A DNA stretch of 64,000 bases from an uncultured Verrucomicrobiae bacterium (GCA_963713705.1 CAVQMY010000027.1:89669-153668); one strand, 5' to 3'; counted from the stretch's first letter, positions 19,182-29,620 are shown. A program made the numbers and translations. Notes: generated by a model not told the origin, from the sequence alone.

Positions 19182-22100
19182 TCAGGAGCATCCCATGGAG
19201 TTGCCGCAGTTAAGGCACTTGTAGCAGGCGCCGTTGCGCACGGTAATCGCGCCGCAGTTGGCGCACGCGGGCGCGTCCTGCATGAAGTGATCGACGGTCC
19301 GGTTGAGTCGCTGCACGGCGGTCATCGCGCCGTGGTTCCCCGTCGGCCGGGCCGGTGCTTCACCAGTCTGTTCGAGTTCAACGACGGGTTTGTTGACAAT
19401 TCGTTTCTCCTGTTCCGCGACCTCTTTGAGTGGCAGTTCGGGTTGCCCGGCGTTCGGCGAATTGGCCTCGCGATAGCCGGGGATGAACTGGCAGCGCCAG
19501 CCAGCGGAACACGTAGTCGGTGATGGAGGAGGCGTTGCGGATTCCGGGATTCTTGGTGAAGCCGCTCGGCTCGAAGCGCTGGTGGGCGAATTTCTTGACG
19601 AGCGCCTCCAGCGGCACGCCGTATTGCAGCGCCATGCTGGTCAGCGTGCCGATGCTGTCCATCAGGCCGCCGATGGTCGAACCTTCCTTGGCCATGGTGA
19701 TGAACAGTTCGCCGGGCTGGCCGTCGTCGAACAGGCCGACGGTGAGATAACCTTCGTGGCCGGCGATGTCGAACTTGTGCGTGACCGCCGTGCGCGTGTC
19801 GGGCAGGCGGCGGCGCAGCGGGCTTGCCGGCCTCGGCGCGCAGCTGCGCCACTTCGGCTTCGAAGTTCCTTGATGCGCGATTTCGAGCGGAATCCAGCTG
19901 CTTGGCCGCGGCCTCTGTCGCCGCCTTCGTTGGTCTTCTTGGTGTTGAGCGGCTGCGAACGCTTGGAGCCGTCGCGATAAATGGCCACGCATTTCAGGCC
20001 CATCTTCCAGGCCTGCACGTAGGTGTCGCGGATGTCCTCGACGGTGCATTCGCTGCGGCATGTTGACGGTCTTGGAAATGGCGCCGCTGATGAACGGCTG
20101 GGCGGCGGCCATCATCTTCAGATGCGCCATGTAACTGATGCTGCGCTTGCCGCGATGGGCTTGAAGGCGCAATCGAACACCGGCAGATGTTCCGGCTTCA
20201 GGCCGCTGGCGACGGTCTGCGCCGTTGTCCTCGACATCTTCGATGGTGTCGAATTTCTCGATGTGCGCGATGATCGTGTCGATTTCCGTCTCGCTGTAGC
20301 CGAGGCGGCGCAGCGCATCCGGCACGCCGCGATTGACGATCTTCAACATGCCGCCGCCGGCGAGCAGTTTGTATTTCACCAGCGCGATGTCGGGTTCGAC
20401 GCCGGTGGTGTCGCAATCCATGAGGAAGGCGATGGTGCCGGTCGGCGCGAGCACGGTGACCTGCGCGTTGCGATAGCCGTGCTGCCGGCCGCGTTCCGAG
20501 CGCGCCGTCCCAGCATTTGCGCGCTTCGTCCTTAGATAATTGAATTCGCGGCTGGGCTGAATGTCTTCGACGGCGTCGCGGTGCATGCTGGATGACGCCG
20601 AGCATGGATTCGACGTTGTCCTTGCGCCACCGGCTTGCGAACGTGCGCGCAACGCGCGTCGCGATAACCCGTGAACGGCCCGATGTCGCCGGCGATTTCC
20701 GCGCTTGCTCGTAAGCGTGGCCGGTCATGATGGCGGTGATCGCGCCGGCCAGCGCGCGGCCTTCGTCGGAATCGTAGGGCAGGCCGTAGCTCATGAAGAG
20801 CGAGCCGAGGTTGGCAAAGCCCAGGCCGAGCGTGCGGAAGATGTGGGAATTTTCCGCGATGTCCTTGGTCGGATAGCTGGCGTTGTCCACGAGGATTTCC
20901 TGCGCGGTGATGAAAATGCGCACGGCGGCCTTGAACCGTTCGATGTCGAACTGTGCCGTCCTCGCGCTTGAACTTCATCAGGTTCAGCGAGGCGAGATTG
21001 CAGGCGGTGTTGTTGAGGAAAACGTATTCGCTGCACGGATTGGTGGAGTGAATCGGCTCGGTGCCTTTGCAGGTGTGCCATTTCTGGATCGCGCCGTCGT
21101 ATTGCATGCCGGGGTCGCCGCAGGTCCAGGTGCCTTCGGCGATTTTGTGGAGCAGCTTCGCGGCGTCCTTCTTTTCCAGCGGCTTGTCGGTCGGTGACGG
21201 TGCGCGTCCACCATTCCTTGCCGTCGAGCGCGGCCTGCATGAATTCGTCGCTGGCGCGCACGGAAAGGTTTTCGTTCTGGTACATGACGCTGCCGTAGGC
21301 GTCGCCGTTGTAGAGCCGTCGTAGCCCTGCTCGATCAAGCGCCCAGGCCTTCTTTTCTTCCTTCTGCTTGGCGTCAATGAATTCCTCGATGTCGCCGTGC
21401 CAGTCGCGCAGCGTGTTCATCTTGGCCGCGCGGCGGGTTTTGCCGCCGGATTTCACGACGTTGGCCACCTGGTCGTAGACCTTCAGGAAGGACAGCGGGC
21501 CGCTGGGGCGTCCGCCGCCGCTCAGTTTTTCGCGGCTGGAACGGATCGGCGTCAGGTCCGTGCCGGTGCCGGAGCCGTATTTGAACAGCATCGCCTCGCT
21601 GTAGGCCAGGTCGCATGATGTCTTCCATGTTGTCCTCGACGGACTGGATGAAGCAGGCGCTGCCCTGCGGATATTCGTATTGCGTGCTGGCGCGCTCGGC
21701 CTTGCCGGTCTGGCGGTTGTAAAACCAGTTGCCCGCGGCCGGAATTCTTGCCGACGCCGTATTGATGATACAGCCCGACGTTGAACCAGACCGGCGAATT
21801 GAAGGCGCCGTATTGGTTGACGCAAAGCCAGGTCAGTTCCTCGTAAAAAATCTCGCCGTCCGCCTTGCTGAAATAACCGTCCGCGATGCCCCAATCGGCG
21901 ATGGTGCGGCGAGATGCGGTGAATGAGCTGGCGCACGGAGGTTTCGCGCTCGGCGGTGTCGTGTTCGCCGTAAAAATATTTCGAAACGACGACTTTGGTG
22001 GCGAGCAGCGACCAGGATTTGGGCACCTCGACGTTTTCCTGCTTGAAAATCACCTTGCCGGCGTCGTCGGTGATTTCGGCGGTGCGCTGTTCCCATTCGA

Positions 22101-22248
22101 TCTGGTCGAACGGCTTGACCTTGGCGTCGCTGAACACGCGCGGCACCACCCACCCGATCTTCTTCGGCGGCGCCGGAGGAACAACTCGCGGGGTTTGGCT
22201 GGCGCGTTTGGCGCGCTTGCCTGGTTCGGTCGATACTGATGTGCTCAC
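19182..22248 (-). CDS. nrdJ: Class II (B12-dependent) ribonucleotide reductase with many frameshifts
   Basis: Fragments: [86 protein letters not shown]-terminal [26 protein letters not shown]. Start approximate. Confidence 0.92.
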
Positions 22249-22413
22249 TGCAGAATCCTTCTGGGTCAGCTTGTCCTTACCCGCAGAAAGCTCCCCCACT
22301 CCTTGCTTCAAATTGATCACTGTACCCTCCTCAAAAAGCTGGTCGGTTGCGACTTTTCGGCGGTCAACGTCGAGGTTGGAAACCACCGCTAATAGTGCGG
22401 GCGGACTATATGC

Positions 22414-22429
22414 ACCCCATATATTGTGT
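22414..22429. promoter_or_regulatory. NrdR box upstream of nrdJ (weaker second box possible at 22383-22398)
   Basis: ACCCCATATATTGTGT matches the acaCwAtATaTwGtgt consensus. The second CAC..GTG site lies 31 bp away. Confidence 0.7.
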
Positions 22430-22463
22430 TTCAAGCTAAAACTACGCCCGCGGTCGCTTTTCT

Positions 22464-23867
22464 TCAAACTCGCTGATTTCTAACGAACTTTCGCCGCTCT
22501 CGTTCCCGACATTCCAACATAATTGGGCAGCCGGTGAATGCCCATGCCGCCCGAATTTTGTCGATCAAGAACCGCTTGTAATGCGGCGTCAAACAACTCG
22601 CTTGATTTACGAATAGCCGAAACGTCGGCGGATGGGAAGCTTTTTGAAACGCATAGAAGATTTTAAATCTCTTGCCACCGGAAAACGGCGGCGGGTAGGC
22701 GTCGAGGGCGCGCATAAAGAGCTTGTTGAGCCGCGGCGTGTCGATATGCCGCCTCATTTCGACCTCGATGACGGAGACTTGTTCGAACAATTGATTCAGG
22801 TTCTGCCCCGTTTTCGCCGAGGCGAACAACACCGGCACCCAATCGAGGAAAAACAATTCCTTCCGTAACGCCTCCAAATACTTCTCGCGAAATGTCTGCT
22901 TCTTTTTCTTGCCCTGGCTCTCCCACACCCGGTCTTTCCGTTCCTGATCCTCGGCGAGGTCCCACTTATTCACGAGCACGATACAACCGCGCGCCGCCTC
23001 GGCAATCTGTCCCGCGATGGCCTTGTCCTGCCTCGTCACACCGGCGACCGCGTCGAGGACCAGCACGGCAATATCACATTCGCGGATGCTGCGCTCGGCC
23101 CGCATCAGCCCGAATTGATCGATGGACGAATTGATCTTGCCCCGGTGACGCAAGCCGGCGGTGTCGATGAGCAGATACGGCTTGTCGTGCACGGTGAACG
23201 GCACATCGACCGAATCCCGCGTCGTGCCGGGGATATCGCTCACAATCGTCCGCTGATCCTTGAGGATGGCGTTGATGAGCGACGACTTGCCGACATTCGG
23301 TCGCCCGACAATCGCAATGCGCGTCGGAGGCACCGTCTCCGGCTCGACCCCCGCCGAGAATTCTTCCGTGGCGGCCTCCAGCAGTTCCGAAACACCGAGG
23401 CCATGCACGGCGGCGATGGAGAACGTCTTGTCGAACCCCAACTCGGAGAACTCGGCGTCGGTCCGCGCTCGGCGGTCGTTATCCACTTTGTTGACCGCGA
23501 GAAAGATCTTCTTGCCGCTGGTGCGCAACTTCCGCCCGATTTCCTGGTCCAGCGGCACGACGCCTTCGGTCACGTCGACCACCATAATGATGGCCGTGGC
23601 CATTTCGATGGCGATTTCGGCCTGATGCCGTGTCGCGTTTGCCATCAGGTCACCGCTTTTCTCGTCGTCCATGAACGCGATGCCGCCCGTGTCGACCACC
23701 TCAAACGACTTCTCGCCCCACCGCGCCGTGGCCGTGACGCGGTCACGCGTCACCCCCGGCTCTTCATGCACAATGGCGATGCGCCGCCCGACGATGCGGT
23801 TGAAGAGCGTGCTCTTCCCGACGTTGGGACGTCCGACGATGGCGAGGATGTCGTGTGCTTTTTCCAT
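22464..23867 (-). CDS. der: Ribosome biogenesis GTPase Der (EngA)
   Basis: Two GRPNVGKS P-loops, DTGG/DTAG, NKVD/NKWD and a KH-like C-terminus. Confidence 0.96.
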   Translation of the reverse strand: MEKAHDILAIVGRPNVGKSTLFNRIVGRRIAIVHEEPGVTRDRVTATARWGEKSFEVVDTGGIAFMDDEKSGDLMANATRHQAEIAIEMATAIIMVVDVTEGVVPLDQEIGRKLRTSGKKIFLAVNKVDNDRRARTDAEFSELGFDKTFSIAAVHGLGVSELLEAATEEFSAGVEPETVPPTRIAIVGRPNVGKSSLINAILKDQRTIVSDIPGTTRDSVDVPFTVHDKPYLLIDTAGLRHRGKINSSIDQFGLMRAERSIRECDIAVLVLDAVAGVTRQDKAIAGQIAEAARGCIVLVNKWDLAEDQERKDRVWESQGKKKKQTFREKYLEALRKELFFLDWVPVLFASAKTGQNLNQLFEQVSVIEVEMRRHIDTPRLNKLFMRALDAYPPPFSGGKRFKIFYAFQKASHPPTFRLFVNQASCLTPHYKRFLIDKIRAAWAFTGCPIMLECRERERRKFVRNQRV

Positions 23868-24062
23868 GAATCAGCTAGGCCGACACGAGTGTCGGCCCTG
23901 CATCCTAGCGGAGTTGGACGGATTTCACCAGCCGCGAATCGAATGGATGGAGCGATGGTGTTGAAGCAGCCGATTTGGCGCGGATCGGACGTTGCACGGG
24001 GTCACTTATTGCTTGCAGCCCAAGCACGGGTCAGCCCAGATTACACGCCACCGGTAATAAAC

Positions 24063-24078
24063 ACCATTTGACAATGGT
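24063..24078. promoter_or_regulatory. Palindrome ACCATT-TGAC-AATGGT overlapping TTGACA upstream of the TA pair
   Basis: Perfect 6-bp arms with an embedded -35 hexamer; consistent with antitoxin autoregulation (inference). Confidence 0.45.
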
Positions 24079-24095
24079 AACATAAATGGTACTAT

Positions 24096-24419
24096 GTGGC
24101 CGAGACCTTTGAAATCCGGGAATACACCGAGGCCGGACGTTCGCCGTTCGCGGAATGGTTTGGCGATCTGGACGCGGTGACGGCGGCGCGGGTGGATCGT
24201 TACGTCCGGCGGCTGGAAACCGGCAACTTCGGCGCGGCCAAGCCGCTGCGCGAGGGCGTATTTGAGTTGCGGCTGGATTTCGGGCCGGGCTACCGCGTGT
24301 ATTACGGGCGCGAAGGCAGGACCATCGTCATTTTGCTGGGCGGCGGGAGCAAGCGGCGGCAGGACGCGGACATTGCCGCCGCTGTGGAACGCTGGAAACG
24401 ATACAAACAGGCGAAGTAA
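24096..24419 (+). CDS. RelE/ParE-superfamily addiction module toxin
   Basis: SPFAEWF..L...RLETGNFG..KPLREGVFELRLDFGPGYRVYY..GGGSKRRQDADI. Confidence 0.88.
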   Translation: MAETFEIREYTEAGRSPFAEWFGDLDAVTAARVDRYVRRLETGNFGAAKPLREGVFELRLDFGPGYRVYYGREGRTIVILLGGGSKRRQDADIAAAVERWKRYKQAK

Positions 24420-24421
24420 GA

Positions 24422-24766
24422 ATGGCACTGACACGAGATTATAAAGAAATGGTCGTGGCGCGGATCAAGCGCGACCGGAAATTTGCGCGGGCGCTGTATG
24501 CCGAGGCGATGAACGCCCTGCTCGACGGCGAAACGGCCGAAGGGCTTTCCATGCTGCGGGATTTGGTCCACGCCGAAATCACGTTCAAAGAACTGGCGCG
24601 TCAGACCGGTTTGGGCGAAAAGACGTTGCATCGGATGCTGAATCGTCGGGGGAACCCCACAGCGCGCAATCTGGGCGTAATCGTCAAGAGCATTGCCGAA
24701 GACCTCGGGCATCAAGCCGCGCGTGGAGTGGGCCGTCGGGCGTTGAGGCCGCGCCTGCGGAGGTAG
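24422..24766 (+). CDS. Addiction module HTH antitoxin (probable extra G near 24708; true stop probably near 24748)
   Basis: MALTRDYKE...ITFKELARQTGLGEKTLHRMLNRRGNPTARNL. Confidence 0.85.
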   Translation: MALTRDYKEMVVARIKRDRKFARALYAEAMNALLDGETAEGLSMLRDLVHAEITFKELARQTGLGEKTLHRMLNRRGNPTARNLGVIVKSIAEDLGHQAARGVGRRALRPRLRR

Positions 24767-25753
24767 CTACCATCCACACTTAACAACGAACTGCGGGCAT
24801 ATCCGGCTGAAGCGTGAAAGTAATCCTCCTCGCAGTTCGTCCATTTCCCGAGAGGCCTTCGAGGAGAAAAAATACACAGGGCAGTCGGGGACATTGCAGC
24901 TGCAATGCTTGATCTCGCGCTTCTTGAGCAAGTCGTCGAAGCGGGCTCTCAACACCGCCAATTCTTGCGCAATCATTGCCATCTCCGTCTTGGTTCTTAC
25001 ATCACGCAACATGTGTCGTGATGGAATTCTGGCTATTTCTTTGCCGTCCCTTGTCTGCCAAATCCCCGTGTTGAGTGCTTGAATAGTGTCTGTGATCGCC
25101 TGCCTGAAGGCCGGTATGGAACTTTCGGAATCGAACGGTGTGTGGAACGCCGGTCGGTCAAACACCCGTGCAATCATTGCAAGAATCTCTTCATCGTTTG
25201 GAGGCTTGGCCTCTTCTGTGAGCATTTTCAACTCTTTCGGCGAATCTGGGAACGGAACGCCTTCGACGAATCTTGCTAGTAAAGGCTCGCAACGCGCCCT
25301 GAGGCTTTCTTCGAATTCTGTTCCGGACCAGATCTCACAAATGGGTATCCCCTTTTTTTTGGCGTGCTTTTTGATTTTGTCGCGCGATTCTGCGGAAACA
25401 GAGGATGCGCACACAAGTCGAAAGACATCCGGTTTGGTGTTCGAAATTGCCAAAACCTTGTTGATGTCGCGGATGGCCTTTGTGGTAGCAAATCCCTTTC
25501 GATTTGCACATTGAATGCAAATACTCTCGTCCTTAGAAGCATCGTTCAGCCGAACTCCCCAAATGTCTCTACCCATGTCGCTACCGACTTGTCCGTACCA
25601 TTCTAAAGTTCGCCATCGGTAAGCTCGGAGATGATAGGCGAAGACCAGTCGCTCAAAATTCCTTCCGTCATAATCTTCAAAATGGATCGGTTGAACAAGT
25701 TTGGCTGGAGAGATCACCGGCTTGGCTGCGGGAGAAGTCGCTTTCTTCGCCAT
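24767..25753 (-). CDS. Mrr-like restriction-endonuclease-fold N-terminal domain fused to an uncharacterised C-terminal domain
   Basis: FEDYDGRNFERLV..WYGQVGSDMGRDI..IQC..IWSGTEFE; C-terminal FDRPAF...ALNTG...HCSCNVPDC; low GC. Confidence 0.6.
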   Translation of the reverse strand: MAKKATSPAAKPVISPAKLVQPIHFEDYDGRNFERLVFAYHLRAYRWRTLEWYGQVGSDMGRDIWGVRLNDASKDESICIQCANRKGFATTKAIRDINKVLAISNTKPDVFRLVCASSVSAESRDKIKKHAKKKGIPICEIWSGTEFEESLRARCEPLLARFVEGVPFPDSPKELKMLTEEAKPPNDEEILAMIARVFDRPAFHTPFDSESSIPAFRQAITDTIQALNTGIWQTRDGKEIARIPSRHMLRDVRTKTEMAMIAQELAVLRARFDDLLKKREIKHCSCNVPDCPVYFFSSKASREMDELRGGLLSRFSRICPQFVVKCGW

Positions 25754-25815
25754 GCTGTGGAGTGTAGTCAGACGGTGTGCGTTCGACAAGTCCGGACGGA
25801 GTTTGGGGGGAGCGC

Positions 25816-26000
25816 GCCGCGTCCGGGGACGCGGCCTACAACGACAAAGGCGGCGCGTCCGCGCTCACCGCGCGCGGCTACAACGGCGATTCGACTACCC
25901 ACCCCTCGTTCCCCTCTCGGGGAGGGGATTGGGGCGACGACCGCAAGCACGGAGGCTTGCGCCACCATGGCGCTCGCGGCAAGCGGGACGCTTGCCCTAC
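25816..26000. repeat. Cluster of different REP-like hairpins
   Basis: Three hairpins end in CTAC (GTAG on minus) at 25816-25839, 25859-25881 and 25978-26000, plus CCCCTC..GAGGGG at 25902-25927. Confidence 0.6.
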
Positions 26001-26062
26001 AATTCGGAGATGGTGCGGCGCGCTCGTCCCGAGCTCCGCCTCGGCAACACAAGTGGATTGTG

Positions 26063-26153
26063 CTAGTGTGCTGTCCCTAACGCTTCGTTACAATGAATCG
26101 CTTCATTTTGACCAGATGGACATTGGAAAGGCATTTCAGTGACACCACACTAG
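26063..26153 (-). mobile_element. 91-bp CTAG-bounded MITE, copy 1 (inverted relative to copies 2 and 3)
   Basis: Exact reverse complement of 41361-41451 and 61901-61991. TIR CTAGTGTG(G/C)TGTC. Confidence 0.9.
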
Positions 26154-26185
26154 CCTCACCTTTCCCCGACCGCTACTTTCACACC

Positions 26186-27454
26186 GTGAACGCGCGGGAA
26201 CTTGCCCTGGATTTGCTCAACCGCTGGCCGAAATCGCGGTTGTTGGCGGATGAACTCCTCGAACGTTCACTGGCGGAGTCATCGCTGAGCGGCCCCGACC
26301 GCGCGTTTGTGACGGAGTTGTTCTATGGTTGCCTGCGCCGGAGACTCTCGCTGGATTTTCTGCTCGCCCAGTTGGCCGCCAAGGCGCCGCGCCCGATCGT
26401 TGCCAATGTCCTCATCCTTGGACTCTATCAACTGTTCTATCTCAAGACCCCAGCGCATGCAGCGGTCAACGAAACCGTCGCGCTGGCCAAAGCGCGCACG
26501 GGCGTGGCCGAGGCGAGATTCGTCAACGCGATCCTGCGCCGGGCCCAACGGGAGTCCGATGCGCTTCTGGCGAAGCTCGGGGACACGCGCCAACGCGAAC
26601 CGTGGATTTATTACTCGCACCCCGAATGGTTGTGGAAACGGTGGGCGGGGCGTCTGGGCGGGGAGCAGACGGCGGCATTGTGCGACTGGAACAACCAACC
26701 GCCGGCGCTGTATCTGCGGGTCAACACGCTCAAAACGTCGGCGAAACCCGCGGATGTTCCTGCTGAACCGACGGACCATCCGTTGTGTTGGCGTGTGACT
26801 GACACGACGGGACTGTTTCACGCCAAGTCGTTCGCAAATGGCGAGTTCTACGTGCAGGATCCCTCCACGCTTGTCGCGGTGGACGTGCTGGATCCGCAGC
26901 CCGGCGATTCTTTGTTGGACATGTGCGCCGCGCCGGGCGGCAAGACAACCTACATCGCGCAGAAAATGCAGAACCGCGGTCGAATCATCGCCGCCGATTC
27001 GCAGAGTTCGCGGCTCGCACTGGTGGGAGAGAATTGCCGTCGACTCGGTGTCGAAATCGTGGCGACACTGGCCTGTGAGGGGACGCGGTTGGATCGCTGC
27101 CTGCGCGGGCAGGAATTCGACCGGGTGTTGGTGGATGCGCCGTGCTCGAACACGGGTGTGCTTCGTCGGCGAGCCGACCTGCGGTGGCGACTTACCGAAG
27201 AGGAAATCGCGCGGCTCGGGGCGCTCCAAGCGAAGTTGATCGAGTCGGCAGCGAAGTTTGTGAAGCGCGGCGGTGTTTTGGTTTACAGCACATGCAGTCT
27301 GGAACCCGAGGAGAACGAAGGCGTCGTGGAGGCATTTCTCAAGTCCCACAAAGAATTTGCACAGGAGACAACGCGTTCCCTGTTTCCGCCGCGCGATGGC
27401 GTGGATGGCGCGTTCGTCGCCAGATTTCGACGAACGAACGCCGCGCGAGCCTGA
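26186..27454 (+). CDS. rsmB: 16S rRNA m5C967 methyltransferase RsmB/Sun
   Basis: NusB-like N-terminus, YVQDPS, DMCAAPGGKT, VDAPCSNTG, VYSTCSLEPEENE. Confidence 0.92.
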   Translation: MNARELALDLLNRWPKSRLLADELLERSLAESSLSGPDRAFVTELFYGCLRRRLSLDFLLAQLAAKAPRPIVANVLILGLYQLFYLKTPAHAAVNETVALAKARTGVAEARFVNAILRRAQRESDALLAKLGDTRQREPWIYYSHPEWLWKRWAGRLGGEQTAALCDWNNQPPALYLRVNTLKTSAKPADVPAEPTDHPLCWRVTDTTGLFHAKSFANGEFYVQDPSTLVAVDVLDPQPGDSLLDMCAAPGGKTTYIAQKMQNRGRIIAADSQSSRLALVGENCRRLGVEIVATLACEGTRLDRCLRGQEFDRVLVDAPCSNTGVLRRRADLRWRLTEEEIARLGALQAKLIESAAKFVKRGGVLVYSTCSLEPEENEGVVEAFLKSHKEFAQETTRSLFPPRDGVDGAFVARFRRTNAARA

Positions 27455-27491
27455 ACGCGGCCCGCGCGGCGCACGATTCCACCCGCAGAAT

Positions 27492-27962
27492 CTAGTTGCC
27501 TTGGGGAGGTGGCGGCTGCGGCGGCGGATTGCCGCCCGCGCCTGGGCCTGGCCCGCGACGTCCACCACCGGGACCTTCTTCCAGCGCCTGTGTTAGTTTG
27601 GCGTTCTGGTCCGCTGTCAGCAAGGGGCGCACTTTCTCGATGTAACTTCTATGAAGGGCCCGGAACGCCTCGCGACCGCCGCTGGGTGGCGCGTTCGTGG
27701 CCGTCCCGCCCGATGGAGCGTTATTGGCCTGCAACTTGGCGACATCGCTCTTGAAACTGGCATCAAGCGAGTTGTATTTCGTTTGTTGGTCGGCTGTCAG
27801 CGCCAGTTCTTCGAGGATACGTGGCGGCAATATGTTACGCATCATCGGCCGCGTCGGACGTGGAGGCGTGGGCGGCGGGGCATTGGTTGAGTTATCGGCG
27901 GCGAGCACGCCGGCGGCGGCGATAAAACTGGTCAAACAGGCAACGATCATTGCGCGTTTCAT
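27492..27962 (-). CDS. Secreted Spy/CpxP-like low-complexity protein
   Basis: Signal peptide, LEELALTADQQTK and LLTADQNAKL repeats, Gly/Pro tail. Confidence 0.65.
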   Translation of the reverse strand: MKRAMIVACLTSFIAAAGVLAADNSTNAPPPTPPRPTRPMMRNILPPRILEELALTADQQTKYNSLDASFKSDVAKLQANNAPSGGTATNAPPSGGREAFRALHRSYIEKVRPLLTADQNAKLTQALEEGPGGGRRGPGPGAGGNPPPQPPPPQGN

Positions 27963-28024
27963 TCGAGTCTCCCTGGCTGGTTTGTTTGTGATTTGGTCAT
28001 GTGGCACATGGTTGTTTGGCAACT

Positions 28025-28555
28025 TTACGGCGTTGTCGGCGGGGGTGGCGGCGGAGCCGGCGTCCCGTTGTTTTCCGTTGGCGGCGGCGGATTGGCTGGC
28101 GCCTCCTCGCCCGGATGATTGCGACGCCATTGTTGTTCAAATTCCTGTTGGCGGCTGCGGAATTCTTCCCGGGCCCGTTGCCGTTCCGCCGGCGTCATCT
28201 GCTCCCATCTCTTTTTGTTCTGTTGAAGCTGGGCGCGTTCCGCCGGCGTCATGCTGAGAAAGCGCTCGATGCGGTCATGGATGAATTTCCGTTCGTCGGG
28301 CGGCATCTCGGCGAGCGCACGATGGAGGCGCATCAGTTGCGTTTTGTTTTCGAGGTTCATTCGGCTCCATCGCGCGTCCAGACGTTGTTCCGCCAGGGCC
28401 CGCTGCTCGTTGGTCATCAGCGGTTTTTGCCGGGGCTTCGTCTGGTCAACTGTCGGTGGCGGAGGTGGTGGCGGCGGCGGGGGTGGTTGTTGTGCGCGGG
28501 CACTCGTAACGGCCATGCCGAGCAACAGTCCCATCAGGAAGAGGAGTCGCTTCAC
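28025..28555 (-). CDS. Secreted DUF3106-like protein
   Basis: Signal peptide, poly-Pro, repeated W/F-xx-M-(T/P)-P-x-E-R helices. Confidence 0.7.
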   Translation of the reverse strand: MKRLLFLMGLLLGMAVTSARAQQPPPPPPPPPPPTVDQTKPRQKPLMTNEQRALAEQRLDARWSRMNLENKTQLMRLHRALAEMPPDERKFIHDRIERFLSMTPAERAQLQQNKKRWEQMTPAERQRAREEFRSRQQEFEQQWRRNHPGEEAPANPPPPTENNGTPAPPPPPPTTP

Positions 28556-28989
28556 AGATGACCGCCTCCCTTGAGCTGGTCAAGGTTAGCAATCACATCG
28601 TAATCTTCGAGGTAATCTCCTTCCTGGACGTGGGCATAGAGCTCGGCGTGCTTCCGATCCAGCATCCGCTCGTGCCCGACCCAAGCGGTGACGGCCAGAG
28701 CCACAATCGTTGTGGCGAGGGTCGCCCAACGGATCGAAGGTCGCCACCACCATTGACGGACATCGACCCGGGGCTCGTTCAGGCGGCGCAAGGTGCGCTC
28801 GGCGAATCCGAAGGAGGGTTCGATGCCCTCGTCGCGCGCGAGCGCCTGCCACGCGTTGGCGTACGCCTCCCATTCGCGGCGGCAATCCGCGCAGCCGGCA
28901 AGATGCGTTTCAAACGCACCCTGGTCGGGCCCGCTCAACCGCCCATCGAGGCGATGGTCGAACTGTTCTCTGACTGTCTGGCAACTCAT
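28552..28989 (-). CDS. Zinc-finger anti-sigma factor (zf-HC2)
   Basis: MSCQTVREQF...FETHLAGCADC (HxxxCxxC) and one TM helix. Confidence 0.85.
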   Translation of the reverse strand: MSCQTVREQFDHRLDGRLSGPDQGAFETHLAGCADCRREWEAYANAWQALARDEGIEPSFGFAERTLRRLNEPRVDVRQWWWRPSIRWATLATTIVALAVTAWVGHERMLDRKHAELYAHVQEGDYLEDYDVIANLDQLKGGGHL

Positions 28990-29038
28990 GTCCTTCCTGT
29001 CCATCTGGTTAAACACCAGATCTGGCGAATGGTTTCCA

Positions 29039-29620
29039 TCAGTAATACCCTCGTAGTTTGTCTTTTAGCGTAAGGCGTGCCCGATGCAGCAGCGATTTGG
29101 TGGCCGAGACCGAGCACCCCAGGACCTCGGCAATTTCCTCGTAAGAAAGGCCTTCGTAACGGCAGAGAATCACCGCGGTGCGTTGCGCCTCGGGGAGTTC
29201 CTGGACGGCTTCCTTGATCTTCTCCTGCAACTCGCGCTCGACGGCTTCCTGGGCGGGATCGGGCGTCGCCGTGTCGGGCGCCTGCCAACCGGCGGATTCG
29301 GAGTCGCGAGGTTCCTGCAACGCATCGAGCGATTCCGCCGGGTGACGGCTTCGTCGGCGATGCTCGTTGAGGATTGTGTTGCGGGTGATGGTGAACAGCC
29401 ACGTGGTGAATTTGGCGGTGGGTTTGTAGCGTTTGGCCGATCGATAGACCTGGACGAACACGCGTTGCGCCAGGTCTTCGGCCTCGTTGGCGTCGCCGAT
29501 GGCCCGATGGATGGTGTTGATGACGGCGCGTTGGTGGCGCTCAATCAATTCACGAAGCGCCTCCGTGTCGCCCTCGCGCACGCGCAGCATGAGCGCCACG
29601 TCGGGATCGCTGGATGTCAT
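29039..29620 (-). CDS. ECF sigma-70 factor (RpoE/SigW-like)
   Basis: AEDLAQRVFVQVY, KFTTWLFTITRN, LPEAQR...GLSYEEIAEVLGCSVSATKSLLHRAR. Confidence 0.92.
   Translation of the reverse strand: MTSSDPDVALMLRVREGDTEALRELIERHQRAVINTIHRAIGDANEAEDLAQRVFVQVYRSAKRYKPTAKFTTWLFTITRNTILNEHRRRSRHPAESLDALQEPRDSESAGWQAPDTATPDPAQEAVERELQEKIKEAVQELPEAQRTAVILCRYEGLSYEEIAEVLGCSVSATKSLLHRARLTLKDKLRGYY

Noticed and set aside
16811-22248. True pseudogenisation or programmed frameshifting of glnS and nrdJ
   Set aside because: There are too many scattered indels with otherwise conserved motifs, which is best explained as sequence error pending reads.
22250-22460. Cobalamin riboswitch before nrdJ
   Set aside because: No B12-box was recognised; only an NrdR-like box is visible.
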